Made by a program: the position numbers and the translations under genes
Shown: positions 20,395-32,076 of the stretch, piece by piece
Position numbering within the stretch: the first letter of the stretch is position 1
Layout: each line of letters opens with the position of its first letter
Source of the DNA: Naegleria gruberi
Taxonomy: Eukaryota
Assembly: GCA_000004985.1 (NCBI GenBank)
Contig: GG738867.1
Direction: 5' to 3' (one strand)
Length of the DNA: 64,000 nucleotides
The notes under the pieces: generated by a model
The model's database searches: none
What the model was told of the DNA's origin: nothing
Seen by the model: only the letters and a program-made list of their open reading frames with translations

Positions 20395-23300
20395 ATGTCA
20401 TCATCACACTCATTCACTCTAATCTTTCTAACTATTGCTGTTATATTGCTAACTTTAAATGGGCACTATTCGATATTTGCCTTTGATCTTACTTTTCCAA
20501 CATTTCCTGATGCCAAGTTTCGATCGGATACTTCCAATGCCACTGAAGTGTTTATTAAAGACTCAATTGACCAAATTGCTAAACAACTCGAGCCACCATC
20601 TTTAGCTCTTCCATATTATATTGATGGACCAATAGCACTATTCGCAGAAGTGGTTGGAGTTCTCTCAAATAGTGACACGTACAGTAAACCTTACGTAAAA
20701 CCACCAGATGTTATTTCGAATAGTACACACGAAATGTTGAACATAATGATGACCAAAGTATTGAACCGAGTAGAAACTGCCCTGTTAGAAACCAAATATG
20801 ATAAGCTTGTTATTGCTCTCGTTATTGAACTCGATAAGGATCTTGAAGTTGCTGATTGTAACATTTCGCCAATCATTCCAATAGAAATATCAAAAAAACT
20901 TGCTGACATTACTGTCTATTTGACAATTAATGGTCATTCCTTGAATATGAAATGTGGTGGAGATTATTTATTCTCTAGTGGTCCAGATTCCAATTGGAAC
21001 ATTGTTATTAACAGAGCAGTACTTTCGAATATATATTTTACTGGAAATTATGTTTTCAAAAAGGTTGAATTTTTGGCTCAATGTGAAATATCAGCTTCTA
21101 GTTTTTTAGTATTCATCAAATCCAAGACTCTTCACACACTATATATTCCCTACATTAGTGCTATTAAGGAATTGATATTTATTGATAGTGTTATGGATAA
21201 ATTAAGAGTGGATTTCATTCAAGAGTTTCATCTATTTTTGGCAAGTAATAGTTTGATTGGTTTAGGAATGTTCGATTGTGAAATTAAGAATGTTTGGCTG
21301 TATAATTCAAAGGTTTATCTAGAAGACAGGTTTATTATTGAAAGTTCTGATCAATTCATATTATTTAACTCAACTATTCAATCAAAGAACTCTCCAATAC
21401 AGATGAGAATAGAATATTCGAAACTTATTTTCATAGATGGCTTTAAAAATTCTCATACTCCAATCATGCTCTCACTTTCACATTCCATTTCTGTTGTAAT
21501 GAAAAACATATTACTCAATTCTGCCACTTTACAACAAGAATCACTTCTTAATTTTCGAGGAATCAAATCATTATCCATCTATTCCTCCATATTTAAAGAA
21601 AACAATGCAAATAGAATTATAGACATTAGTGATTCAAGTGAGGTTGACATTAAAGAGATTTTATTTGAGGAGAATTCTGCTACTGATAGTCCAATTTGCA
21701 TTTCTCCTGGTGGAGCTAAGAGCTCACATACCCGTATTGTGGACAGTGTTTTTAATAGGAATAAGGCGGGAAATAAGGCAGTGATTGCATTGTCTCATCC
21801 AATTATATTGGCCCGATCTGTTTTTAATGAAAATGAGGGAGTTAGTGGAGGTTTGTATATTTTGATTTAAATTGGTGGTTGACCATGTTTAGGAGCTATT
21901 TATGTTGAAGCTGGATTTACTATTTCTGGGTCCACTTTCAAGAAGAACAAGGCCAAGAATGGAGGAGCTCTGTATATTCACTCAGAAATTGGTGCTTCAG
22001 GTACCATGCAAAATGTTGATTTTGTGGAAAATCAAGTAACAGATCTAGATGATGTTAAAGTGTGTGGTCAAGATAGTTGTGATGGAAGTGGAGGTGCTAT
22101 TTATTATAACCAAAACGACCTTTTCTCAATAATGTCATGCAATTTTGTCAAGAATTTGGCTGTCAGAGGAGGTGCCATCTTTGCAAATTTTGAAAATGAT
22201 ACCATTTTTATTACTTATTCGAAATTCAAAGAAAATTATGCAAGTTATGGAGGAGGTGCAATCTATTCTAATTCTGCCTCATATCTTCCATTAATTTATG
22301 AAGAATTGGGAAGTGGAAATAAGGCTAAAGTATTTGGAGATTATGTTGCTTCTTCCATTGCTAGTGTGAATTGGAGAGTTCAAATTGAGGATCAAAAAGA
22401 TAGATTATATGAAGGAAATCAAACTATTTCAGTATATCCAGGTCAATTATTTACCATTATTCCCTATTTTACTGACCTTTACAATAATTCTTTTGTAATG
22501 AATAAGGAAGTTTCAAAAATCAAAGTTTCAGGATCAAATTTCACAATTAGTCAATCATCAGAAAAGGAATTTACTAATCTATTCATTGCATCAACCGGTC
22601 CACTTCCAAATTCTGAACATTTACACATGACAACACTTACCATTTCATTTTACAAAACCGAAACCAATCTAAAAGTCCAACTTCTCCCCTGTCCAAAGAA
22701 TTTCTATTTGAAAGATAATCAATTTAGTAAGAATCTTGTCTGTGTCTATGAAGAATCCAGAGAATATCTGATTGCTGTAGCTGTTTCAGTAACCATTGTG
22801 GTCATTACCCTTCTCCTATGCTCAATAGGTGTCATTTCCATGCTCTGCTACAAGATATCCCACAAGGTAAAGTATTGGATGCGTAGAGATAAGGCAGAAA
22901 AGGAAATTGAAAAGCGATTACTCGAATCTGATCTATGTCCAGAAGAGGAATTGCTCAGTGTTCGAAATTTGAATTTTGTGATTAGTATTGATCAGATTAC
23001 ATTGGAAAGAAAGATTGGAGAAGGTGGTTCTGGAATTGTTTATTTGGGAAAATGGCATCACCATCCAGTTGCTGTCAAATGTCTTAAACTTCAAGATGCT
23101 TATCAAAATTCAGATGAAATTGAAAAGGAAGCAGCTCTATTATGCAAACTTAGACATCCCAATATTGTATTATTCTTTGGTGTTTCATTAACTCCACAGA
23201 AACAATATCTCATTGTGGAATATTTGGAGAAGGGAAGTTTGGAGAAACATATTTCATTAATGAAACGAAACCATCAATTCGAATTTGTTGACAAGTTGAA

Positions 23301-24086
23301 GCTTTTGATTGATATCACATGTGGAATGGCATATCTTCATTCCCTTAAAGTTATTCATAGGTATGTGAAATATTTAAACTATTTATTCCTAATATTCGAA
23401 ACAGAGATTTGAAACCTGGAAATATTCTATTAGATTCTGTTGGAGTAGCCAAAGTTTGTGATTTTGGCATTTCTAGAATTGCTGGAAACACTGCAGCAAA
23501 CTCCACAACCATCTGTGCTGGAACTTTAACCTACATGGCTCCTGAACTATTGCAATCAGATGCCGAAAAGAATCGAATTACAACCTCAGTCGATGTTTAC
23601 AGTTTCTCAATTATCATGTATGAAATATTCTTTGAGGAAGCTCCCTATGCAAAATCTTTGAAAATCAAACAATTTAAACAGGAAAGAAATGGAAAAATTC
23701 ATAATTCTCATTCAGAAGATGGTTTTTATAATAATCATCATCTTGTAACTCCATTTTCAGTTATTTCCAAAGTGATTAAGGGAGTGAGACCTGAAATTCC
23801 ATTCGAAAATCCACAAGATATTGCTGAATGGCTTCAATTATACATGTTTGAATATGGATTACTTTCCGATATTTGTAAATCAAAGGCAATTTCTATTGTA
23901 AATGATTATGTGGAATTGATGAAAGCTTGTTGGAGTGCAGAGCCAGATCAGAGACCAAACTTTGAAACTGTTCTCAATTGTCTTTCATTGTTGAGACAGC
24001 AATTTATGGACTTGACAGATTATCATAAACAGATATCTGGTTCTCTATCCTCTACATCAACAACTACTACAACTGCCTATGACTAA
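20395..24086 (+). CDS. Receptor-like protein kinase with a signal peptide, a Pmp-type (GGAI) parallel beta-helix repeat ectodomain, one TM and a TKL-like kinase domain; join(20395..21850,21893..23360,23405..24086), about 1200 aa.
   Basis: The signal peptide is MSSSHSFTLIFLTIAVILLTLNG. The ectodomain has repeated GGAIY/GGALY motifs separated by FxxN spacers. The TM is IAVAVSVTIVVITLLLCSIGVISMLCY. The kinase motifs are GEGGSGIVYLG, VAVK, HRDLKPGN, CDFGISR and YMAPE. A 42-nt in-frame intron (GTTTGT..GTTTAG) contains two stops, and a 44-nt intron (GTATGT..AAACAG) splits HR|DLKPGN. Confidence 0.8.
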
Positions 24087-24186
24087 AATTCTACTTGTTT
24101 CGAATAGCCAATCATTAACTAAATATTAAAATACAATCTCTTCTGTTGTTGGGAAGATAATTAGTAAATAAATGTCCATTTTGTGA

Positions 24187-25520
24187 TTATATTGAATTAC
24201 CGTGTAGAGATTCTTCTGCCATTGCATTAAAATTAGAAACAGTTTCGTCCTGTGAAACTGAAATACTACTACAAGGTGTACCATTAATATCATGTGGTGG
24301 AGTTGCAACTGGAGTGCCTGAATCAGAAGGCGACAAGATCAACTCTGAAATCTTTGCCTTCTCTCCAATTGGCACAAATACAGAGCTACGATTTCTTGGA
24401 CTTGTTGGAATTGTTTTCGTTTCGGAACAATTAGATTTCGTATCATCCATATGCAACTCTTTGAAAACTGTCTCAGTCTGAATGAATAACGGATAGAATA
24501 GAGCAAGAGTCAAGCTGGCAAAAAATAAAATTCCAGCACAGTTTACAAAATGCCAAATAAACTTGAATTCGTCCTTGTCAGCAACGAGTGCAGCTCCAAT
24601 GATTACTGCTAAAAGTTGAAGCAAGATACAGGCAATTAAGCCAATCAGGAGAGAGAATGTCACAATAAATGGGTTTTCCATCTTTTTTTGATGACTAGTG
24701 ACGTTCTTAATCTTTTGGATGGACTTTCGAATAGTTTTAATCACTAATATTCCAGAAGTTAAAATAGCAATGGTATCTTTTGCATATAAAACTAGAATAA
24801 TTCCAAATAGTACAAAGTTAAGGGTGGTAGTTTCTGTTTTGTTAAAGATATTAAACTTGGTCAGAGGAACAAATAAACTTGCCAAGGTTAATACAATGAA
24901 AGTGGCAATTACGAAAAGAACTATTGTGATCTGAGTAAAGATTCTAACTCTCTTGAATGCCTTCTTTGAAATGGCTCTCATGGTTACAGCAGTTCTCCAA
25001 CTATTTTTTCTATTAGAATCAAAACTAAATTATTCGAAACTTACAAAACCATCTGAACGAAAAACAAAATCACAAACAACATGATAAAGTTCAGAAACAT
25101 GAAGAATGATGAAAATCCAGCAGTTACCCAAATAGCCATATAGTGTGAGTAAGAAACCCTTTCACCTCTCTCAACAATTATTCTAGCTCTAATGAATAGG
25201 ATATCATTTACTATACGAATCAGTAAATTGATACATTGGATAGCTACCATGGACCCTGCCAATAAGAACATGATGATATGATTCCTTTTCATGATTCCTT
25301 CACCAACTTTCTTCTCAGACGAAACGTGTTGATGTTTAATTCTATTTCGAATAAGACTCAATAACAATCCAAAGCAAATAAAGTAAATAATAAACAAGCA
25401 CAAATAGAAACCAGAATTAGCCATCGAAGCAGCTGGACCCCATATTGGTGGAAAGGCATTCACAGACGAAACATTGACGAAACCATCACCAGGGAACGAA
25501 ACAGTAACATTTGAAGACAT
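24187..25520 (-). CDS. Seven-transmembrane receptor-like protein, paralog A; complement(join(24187..25000,25045..25520)), about 429 aa.
   Basis: I count seven hydrophobic helices, for example FYLCLFIIYFICFGLLLSLI, IIMFLLAGSMVAIQCINLLI and FIWHFVNCAGILFFASLTLALF. The N-terminus is short and N-glycosylation-rich and the C-terminal tail is Ser-rich. A 44-nt intron (GTAAGT..AAAATAG, phase 2) joins ...FFVQMV|FWRTAVTMRAISKK. Confidence 0.6.
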
Positions 25521-25975
25521 TTTTTTATAGTAGAAGCTCGTTATTCTCTCACTCAACACCTGTATTAACGTTTGATGGAATGGTTATCATATAGTACAGA
25601 GATAAAACATGTCAAATTGACAGTTGGCTCTTTCCAAATATGGAATAATCTCACTTTTCATGTTGGTATGATATTTAGTAATAGACACCAAAGAAATACA
25701 ACTACTATATAGGAATGATGGAAGTGAGATATTGAAAAAAGCAAAGAACCACTTGTACTGTAAAATACTGAATTGTAAACTTGGTGAGACTTGATGTCAT
25801 CAAATGCGTACTACACAAGATTAATGCTTACAGTAAGTTTCTAGTTCATGAAAAGATTCTGATGAAATTGTTGGTCCACAGTGATGGAAGGTTTCTTCAA
25901 AGTTTAGAATAGTTTGGTTTCTGACCACAAAATATTCGAAATTCTCGAAAGTTTCAACTTGATTGCAATAGTTTC

Positions 25976-27296
25976 TCATTCAATCATTGCAATGACAGAT
26001 TCACTACTTGGTAAGGGCATGAAATTCGAAAGTGTTTCACCAGGAGTTTCATTCGAAAGTGCACTACTGCTCGATGTTCCAGAATTTCCCTGCAATATTT
26101 GCAATGTTGCATCACCAGGTGATAAAACCATTGCACTCTTCTTATTATCAATTGAAAGAAGCATTGAATTTCTATTATTCGATTCGTTTCTTCTACTTTC
26201 AGATAGATTAGAAATGTTTGACTTTGTATCATCAATATGCAATTCCTTAATCACCGTCTCTGTCTGAATAAACAATGGATAGAATAATCCAAGTGTCAAA
26301 ATGGCAAACATTAAAATTCCAGCACAATTAATGAAATGCCAAACAAATTTCAATTCTTCCCTATCAGAAACCAAAACTGCTCCGACAATTACTGCAAGGA
26401 ATTGAAGTAAAATGCAAGAAATTAAAGCTATCAGTAAGGAAAATGTGACAAGGAATGGATTTTCCATTTTCTTGTGTTGAGTGGAAATGTTCTTAATTTT
26501 CAGAATGGACTTTCGAATGGTTTTAATGACCAGTATTCCAGAAATGAGAATGGCAATGGTATCTTTGGAGTATAATAGAACGATTAATCCTAGTAAAATA
26601 AAGTTGACTGTGTTGCTTGTTGATTTTGAAAGGTAATCGAATTTCAATAGGGGAACTGAGATACTAATGAGGATTAGTAAGACGAAAGCAGCAAATACAA
26701 AGAGAGAAATGGTGATTTGAGTAAAGATTCTAACTCTCTTGAATGTCTTCTTTGAAATGGCTCTCATTGTTGCGGCAGTTCTCCAACTAGTTTTTCTGTT
26801 AGAAACAAAATATTAAATTATTCGAAACTTACAAAACCATCTGAACGAAAAATAGAATCACAAACAACATGATATAGTTAAGAAACATGAAGAATGATGA
26901 AATACTAGTCAATGACCACATGGCTGCATAGTGAGCGAAGGTTATCCTTTCACCTCTCTCAACAATTAATCTTGCCTCCATGAATAGGATATCAGAAACT
27001 AATCTGATCAGTAAATTAATACATTGAACGGCAACCATGGACCCTGCCAATATGAACATGATCACATGATTACGTTTCATCACTTGTTTAGTTCTGTTTT
27101 GATCCACTCTCTTTCGAATAGTTCTAAACAACAAGCCGAAACATATGAAATAAATGGCAAAGAGAACCAGATAGAAACCAGAATTAGCCATCGAAGCAGC
27201 AGTTCCCCACACAGGAGGAAATACATTCACAGACGAAACATTGACGAAACCATCCTCTGAAAATTTAATGGTTTCATTGCAACAACCTTTTGACAT
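25976..27296 (-). CDS. Seven-transmembrane receptor-like protein, paralog B, tandem duplicate of 24187..25520; complement(join(25976..26786,26833..27296)), about 424 aa.
   Basis: Paralog B is about 70-75% identical to paralog A over the same 7-TM topology, for example MRAISKKTFKRVRIFTQITISLF versus MRAISKKAFKRVRIFTQITIVLF. The intron is at the homologous position (46 nt, GTAAGT..AAACTAG) and the flanking nucleotide sequence is nearly identical to paralog A. Confidence 0.6.
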
Positions 27297-27708
27297 TTTT
27301 TCCACTTATCCTAAAACCATTCGCTTAAATTGCTACCATTCAAAGTTCTGAAAATTTCACTTTTCACATGCCAATTAGGATTGTCATCTTCGTTAATAGA
27401 AACTCCACAATGGCGTTTGAAAAGAATGAAGTTTAGGTGGAACAATGAATTATGTCTCAAAAATGCAATCCAGCCAATTTTTAATACCATATCTTTTTTC
27501 CAACTGTTTCTTCTCAACAATTTCAATGAGAAAGAATGAGAACAAATCATGAGAATAGCTTCTCTATACTCTTATCTTCCATTTAATATCTTCAATTTTC
27601 CAATATTTGACCTCAATCTCCAACCATATGGCAAATAATCATTCCATAATCAAAATTCTCAGAAAATCATCTTTTGGCTGATTTTTGGTAATTTTTTATT
27701 AAAAAAAA

Positions 27709-29379
27709 ATGTTATCAAAAGCAGATGCCGATCAAAGAATTTTAGATTTTCCGAGCAGTATTTTTAGTCAGGGTACAATTTGTAGGTTTTTACATGATCG
27801 GAATGTGTTGATCATTGATTATGATGCCAATCCTACTTGGATTTTCTATTTTTCCAATTAATTATTATTATTAATTACTATTAATTATTATTATTTAAAT
27901 ATTTGATGATCAAAAATCAATTCAGGGGTTTGTGGAAGAAATGTTGATGGACAATTACTTACACCATGTAAAGATACAACTTTCCACTCAGTATCAGATA
28001 TTCTTCCTGTCGAAGTTTCTGAAATATTTCCATATGGTGATAGTTTAAAGTGGATTGGAGCTGGAGATCATTTTACAATTCTCGTGACCAAATCAAATGT
28101 TGTCTATGCTGCTGGACAAAATACGAGTGGTCAGCTTGGATTAGATCACAACAAGGTTTTGACTGAAAAGGTTGTTCGAGTTCACTTTTTTGATCACAAG
28201 AATATTGCAAGTATTAGTTGTGGAGCTTATTATACGTTTTTTATGGAGGAAATTGGAGATTCACAAATTGTTTATGTGTGTGGAAAGAATAATAGTGGAG
28301 TGAGTATTTATTGTTATTCAAAATGTTGCTGAACGGAGTTTTCATGAAATTGTTGTGAATATTGTGAATTTATTAAATATTATTAACGGAATAATATAGC
28401 AATTGGGAATTACATACAATGAAGATGAGGATAATTTGATCTTTCCACCTCATAACTTGAATTTATCATTTATTGAAAATGATAGAATTGAAAAGATTGT
28501 TTGTGGATATGAAACTACCTTGATATTATGCAGTAAGTAGAGGTATCAATTTCGCATTGCGAAATACTATAACCATTTAGAGAGTGGAAAGCTTTATGGT
28601 GCAGGAGCAAATACCACCAATCAATTGGCTAGACCATCATCAGATCCATTACTACACAAATCAGGAAGTTTTGAATTATGTAATTTTGAATCCTTAATTT
28701 CCGATCACGAAAAGATCATCGACGTTTCCTTGGGAACAAGTTATGTTCTAATTTTAACAGATATTGGCAATGTGTACAGCAATGTGAATACATCGTATCC
28801 ATTTTTCAAGAGAATTGGCTTGAATAGCTCACCATTTTCCAAAATTCATTTTGGAGCATCAAATGGTATGTTTCAAAAATTCAAGAATTTTACAATTTCT
28901 TGAAAATAGCTTATTTGAAAATTTCAGATAATCACCCAAACGAAGATATTGCAGGAAAGATTACACAATTACTCATTGATAATCAATCGGGTTCATTTGA
29001 CAATAATTTGAATATACTAGACCCAGTAATTAACAATTCAGATACAAATATTGCAATTATGAGTGGATTGACAGGATTCTTTTTCATTTCAGCTGACTAT
29101 TCCCAAGTATTCTCCCTTGGAAGTTCTGGATCTGGTGAATTGGGTTATATAGTACATTCTGTACCTGTTCCAGAAAGGAATTTTATTGTAGAAACAATTA
29201 TTTCAAGAACTCGATCCTCATCCAATAGAGAACTAGAACCAAAAATTGTTTGTGGTTACAGTCACACATTATTGTACTTTTCAGATGTTAGATCCAGAAA
29301 TTATCTTCTCTTTGTTGCTAATATGGAAAAGCACAGTCACACTACCACTTATCTGTGTGATATTTCTTTTGTATTTTAA
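27709..29379 (+). CDS. RCC1-repeat (regulator of chromosome condensation-like) protein; proposed join(27709..27772,27926..28299,28400..28532,28581..28865,28910..29379).
   Basis: RCC1 blade motifs appear in every exon: GVCGRNVDGQLL, VVYAAGQNTSGQLGLDHNK, YVCGKNNSG|QLGITYNED, KLYGAGANTTNQLARPSS and FSLGSSGSGELGYI. The introns are GTGAGT/GTAAGT/GTATGT..AG of 44-153 nt. The first exon (donor GTACAA) is the least certain. Confidence 0.55.
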
Positions 29380-29639
29380 TCTTGTTTTCCTCTTCCGCCA
29401 CTGCCATTGCTATCATCATCATTATTTAATTTCTCACTAATACTTTTATAAAGATCCGATTCAGCAAATTGCTTCATTAATTTGTAATCCGATTGGGCAG
29501 TACTACTGGCTTGATCTGAGCACATCAGTGAATAGGTAGAATTGGCCTTGCTGCAAATACTATTGGAGTTTGATTGTCGGAGAGATTTGACTAGAAATTT
29601 GGGAGCACAACAGGAAATACGTGACGACATTTTTTTCAA
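29376..29639 (-). CDS. Possible small Ser/Cys-rich protein of about 84 aa (MSSRISCCAPKF...), tail-to-tail with the RCC1 gene.
   Basis: The ORF is in the track and contains an internal ATG. It has no recognisable domain. Positions at the upstream end are uncertain by about 1 nt. Confidence 0.2.
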   Translation of the reverse strand: MKKMSSRISCCAPKFLVKSLRQSNSNSICSKANSTYSLMCSDQASSTAQSDYKLMKQFAESDLYKSISEKLNNDDDSNGSGGRGKQD

Positions 29640-29764
29640 ATTGAAGTTATAAATGATTCTATTTCGTGTGTTTTTAATTCGCCTCCACTTGACTTGTTCG
29701 ATTCCTTATTTTTTGAGTTTCGCCTCAATTCATTTAAATTAATGTTTTAAAAATAAATATTGAT

Positions 29765-31786
29765 TTATTGTTGTGCTGTAGTTGGAGCTTGTTCTGAGTT
29801 TGAACCTTCTCCCTCTTTGGATTTTTGATAAGTGTAAAGTGGAATGTGAAGTTCTTCTTCCTCTTGAATTTCGACTTTCTTTTCAGTTGGTATAAATGAA
29901 CTTTGTCCATTGAAAGCAATCATTTCCAAATACTTTTTGGCATCTCTGACCTTTCTCAATTCATGAGAGACCATTTCCACAATAGCACTATCTACAGTGA
30001 AATGAACATTGGCAATCAACTTGTCAATATAAAGATCTTCATCACCTTCCTCATCCAAATCGTGAATTGATGCATACGAAGCTGTCTTTTTAGTTTCCAC
30101 AACAGTGACATTGTTTTGCATTGGCATTGCACCCTTACTTTCTTCCTTCTCTTCCTCTTCCTTTCTTTCCTCAGAAACTTGGGTTTCAAATGATTTCATA
30201 GCATGGGCAATAGCTGATTGCTTGAATTTGATAATAGTATTACAAATTTCAATACCTGCACACAACATGAACACCTCAGCATTGGTCTCTCGTTTGGTCA
30301 TGGCATCACTCATAAAGAGGTGTAATCTCTTTGAAAATCCTTGTTCCTTATAGAACTTGTCAAATCTACTTGACATTTTTTGTTGAATAAGACTCAGTAG
30401 TGAGTCAACTTCATATAATCCTGTCAATGCGGTAATCATGGACACTAAATTCTTCTTTACCTTTTCTACCTTTGTCAGCGATAAATCCCTATGATTTTCC
30501 AAAATAATATCCTTTGCTTTGAGTTCCTTCCCCAAAGTTGAAGATTGTTGAGCATTTACAAATACACTCTTCACAAGATCTGGGAGAACAAGCATTGTAG
30601 ATCGTGACAATCTATCGATACCCATAGTCTTTTCCAATGTAATATTACCATTACATTCTTTACACATAATGGTACAAGTACCGGCCTTGAGTCTCTTTCT
30701 AATCTTGGTAGATCCGCAAGATGGACATTCCTTTGTATCGAAATTTTTACAAAAGGCAACTGTTGGATAAATACCAATACAATTTGGTAAATTAAAGTTT
30801 GCAATAGTATCGATCATGATATCTCTAATTTGATTCTTTACAGCATCGGCCTTATTTAACACAAAAATGATTGGAATTCCCTTGAGCTCATCTCTACAAA
30901 ATTCTGCTTCAAAAGGTTGGAATCTAGCTTGAGTTAAATCAAGCACATACCAAACAACGTGTACGTGCTTGGCAAGATCTTTTTCACCTCTAATTTTCTT
31001 GAAAAATCTTCTTGTATCAGCAACAAATCCATCTTGAATATATCCGTGTTCAATACCTCTACTGTCATAAATAACAACTGGACTGTGTTCACCAGCATAT
31101 TTGGTATATTGTTGTGTTACTGGTTTACCTTCACCAATTTCGGCCAAAGATTTACCAAAAACCGCATTAACAAGTGATGATTTTCCACTTCCACTACCAC
31201 CTAATAAGAGAATATTTGGTTTGCTAGTTTTTTCTGCAATTGTACTACAGTCACTAGAGAGTTGTTCCTTCATTTGATTGACTTGACTATAAATGATTCT
31301 AGAGTTTTCATCCTTATCGACAATTGTTAAATTTTCCCCGAATTGTGTTTGCAATGAATTAACTTCACTCTTCTCCACATATTTACTTCTTATTCTTGAC
31401 CATTGTTTTCTTCTAGCAAAATCAAAAAGTGAATTATAGGCGTGTGACCAACTTTTAGAATCATCACTCCATGAGTGACAATATTCCCAAGAATCCTCTC
31501 CTTCACTAGTCCACTCCTTTGACAACCAACTCCAACCACCTTCCGTAGCCTTCTTTTCCACTGCACTAAAAGTAATATCCTTAAAATCGGCAGTCTTGTA
31601 CACTCCTGATTTTACAGCAGGTTGAAAATCACCAAACACTCTTCTTGTTTGGTATTCATAAACAATATCAGTTAATAAAACTTTTGTCTTTGAGTTGGAT
31701 GCATCTATTAATTGTGTTCCGGATGATGAAGAAGGAAAACTTGTACTTGATGACGATGATGCAACAACAACTTTATCTTCGCTCAT
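29765..31786 (-). CDS. Multi-domain P-loop GTPase (MMR_HSR1/IRG-like G domain) with a Trp-rich N-terminal region and an internal C4 zinc ribbon; single exon, about 673 aa.
   Basis: G1 is LLLGGSGSGKSSLVNAVFG, G3 is IYDSRGIE and G4 is IFVLNKADAV. The zinc ribbon is CPSCGSTKIRKRLKAGTCTIMCKECNG. The C-terminus is acidic and coiled. The true ATG is at 31786; the track start at 31795 is TTG. Confidence 0.6.
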   Translation of the reverse strand: MSEDKVVVASSSSSTSFPSSSSGTQLIDASNSKTKVLLTDIVYEYQTRRVFGDFQPAVKSGVYKTADFKDITFSAVEKKATEGGWSWLSKEWTSEGEDSWEYCHSWSDDSKSWSHAYNSLFDFARRKQWSRIRSKYVEKSEVNSLQTQFGENLTIVDKDENSRIIYSQVNQMKEQLSSDCSTIAEKTSKPNILLLGGSGSGKSSLVNAVFGKSLAEIGEGKPVTQQYTKYAGEHSPVVIYDSRGIEHGYIQDGFVADTRRFFKKIRGEKDLAKHVHVVWYVLDLTQARFQPFEAEFCRDELKGIPIIFVLNKADAVKNQIRDIMIDTIANFNLPNCIGIYPTVAFCKNFDTKECPSCGSTKIRKRLKAGTCTIMCKECNGNITLEKTMGIDRLSRSTMLVLPDLVKSVFVNAQQSSTLGKELKAKDIILENHRDLSLTKVEKVKKNLVSMITALTGLYEVDSLLSLIQQKMSSRFDKFYKEQGFSKRLHLFMSDAMTKRETNAEVFMLCAGIEICNTIIKFKQSAIAHAMKSFETQVSEERKEEEEKEESKGAMPMQNNVTVVETKKTASYASIHDLDEEGDEDLYIDKLIANVHFTVDSAIVEMVSHELRKVRDAKKYLEMIAFNGQSSFIPTEKKVEIQEEEELHIPLYTYQKSKEGEGSNSEQAPTTAQQ

Positions 31787-32076
31787 TTTTTTCAATCAAA
31801 TTTGTTTCACGTTTTTTAATTCCAACAGAAAAATCCGAACAACAATTATTAATAGCCGTGTTTATACCTACAATTGAATTGGAAGGCAAATAATAATGAA
31901 TAGGAATGAATTTTGATATAAAGTTCAAGAATTTAATTCCTTTTAAAAAAATATTTTTACCTTAGAGTGTCCTTAGAAATATGGTACAATAGTAGGTTCA
32001 TTATGTGATGAGAATTAATATAACAATAGTAGTGCTAGTACTAGTAGTGAATTTACAATTGGGGTTGGAAAAAGCC

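Larger units (their letters stand above)
24187..27296 (-). repeat. Head-to-tail tandem duplication of a two-exon 7-TM gene, with a unit of about 1.4 kb and a spacing of about 1.8 kb.
   Basis: The exons, the intron position and about 60 nt around the intron (TTCGAAACTTACAAAACCATCTGAACGAAAAA) are conserved between the two copies. Confidence 0.7.

Noticed and set aside
29690-29705. A GTTCGATTCC T-loop-like motif that suggested a tRNA gene.
   Set aside because: The flanking sequence cannot form a T stem (ACTTG versus CCTTA) and shows no acceptor, D or anticodon arm. It lies in the 5' flank of a small minus-strand ORF.
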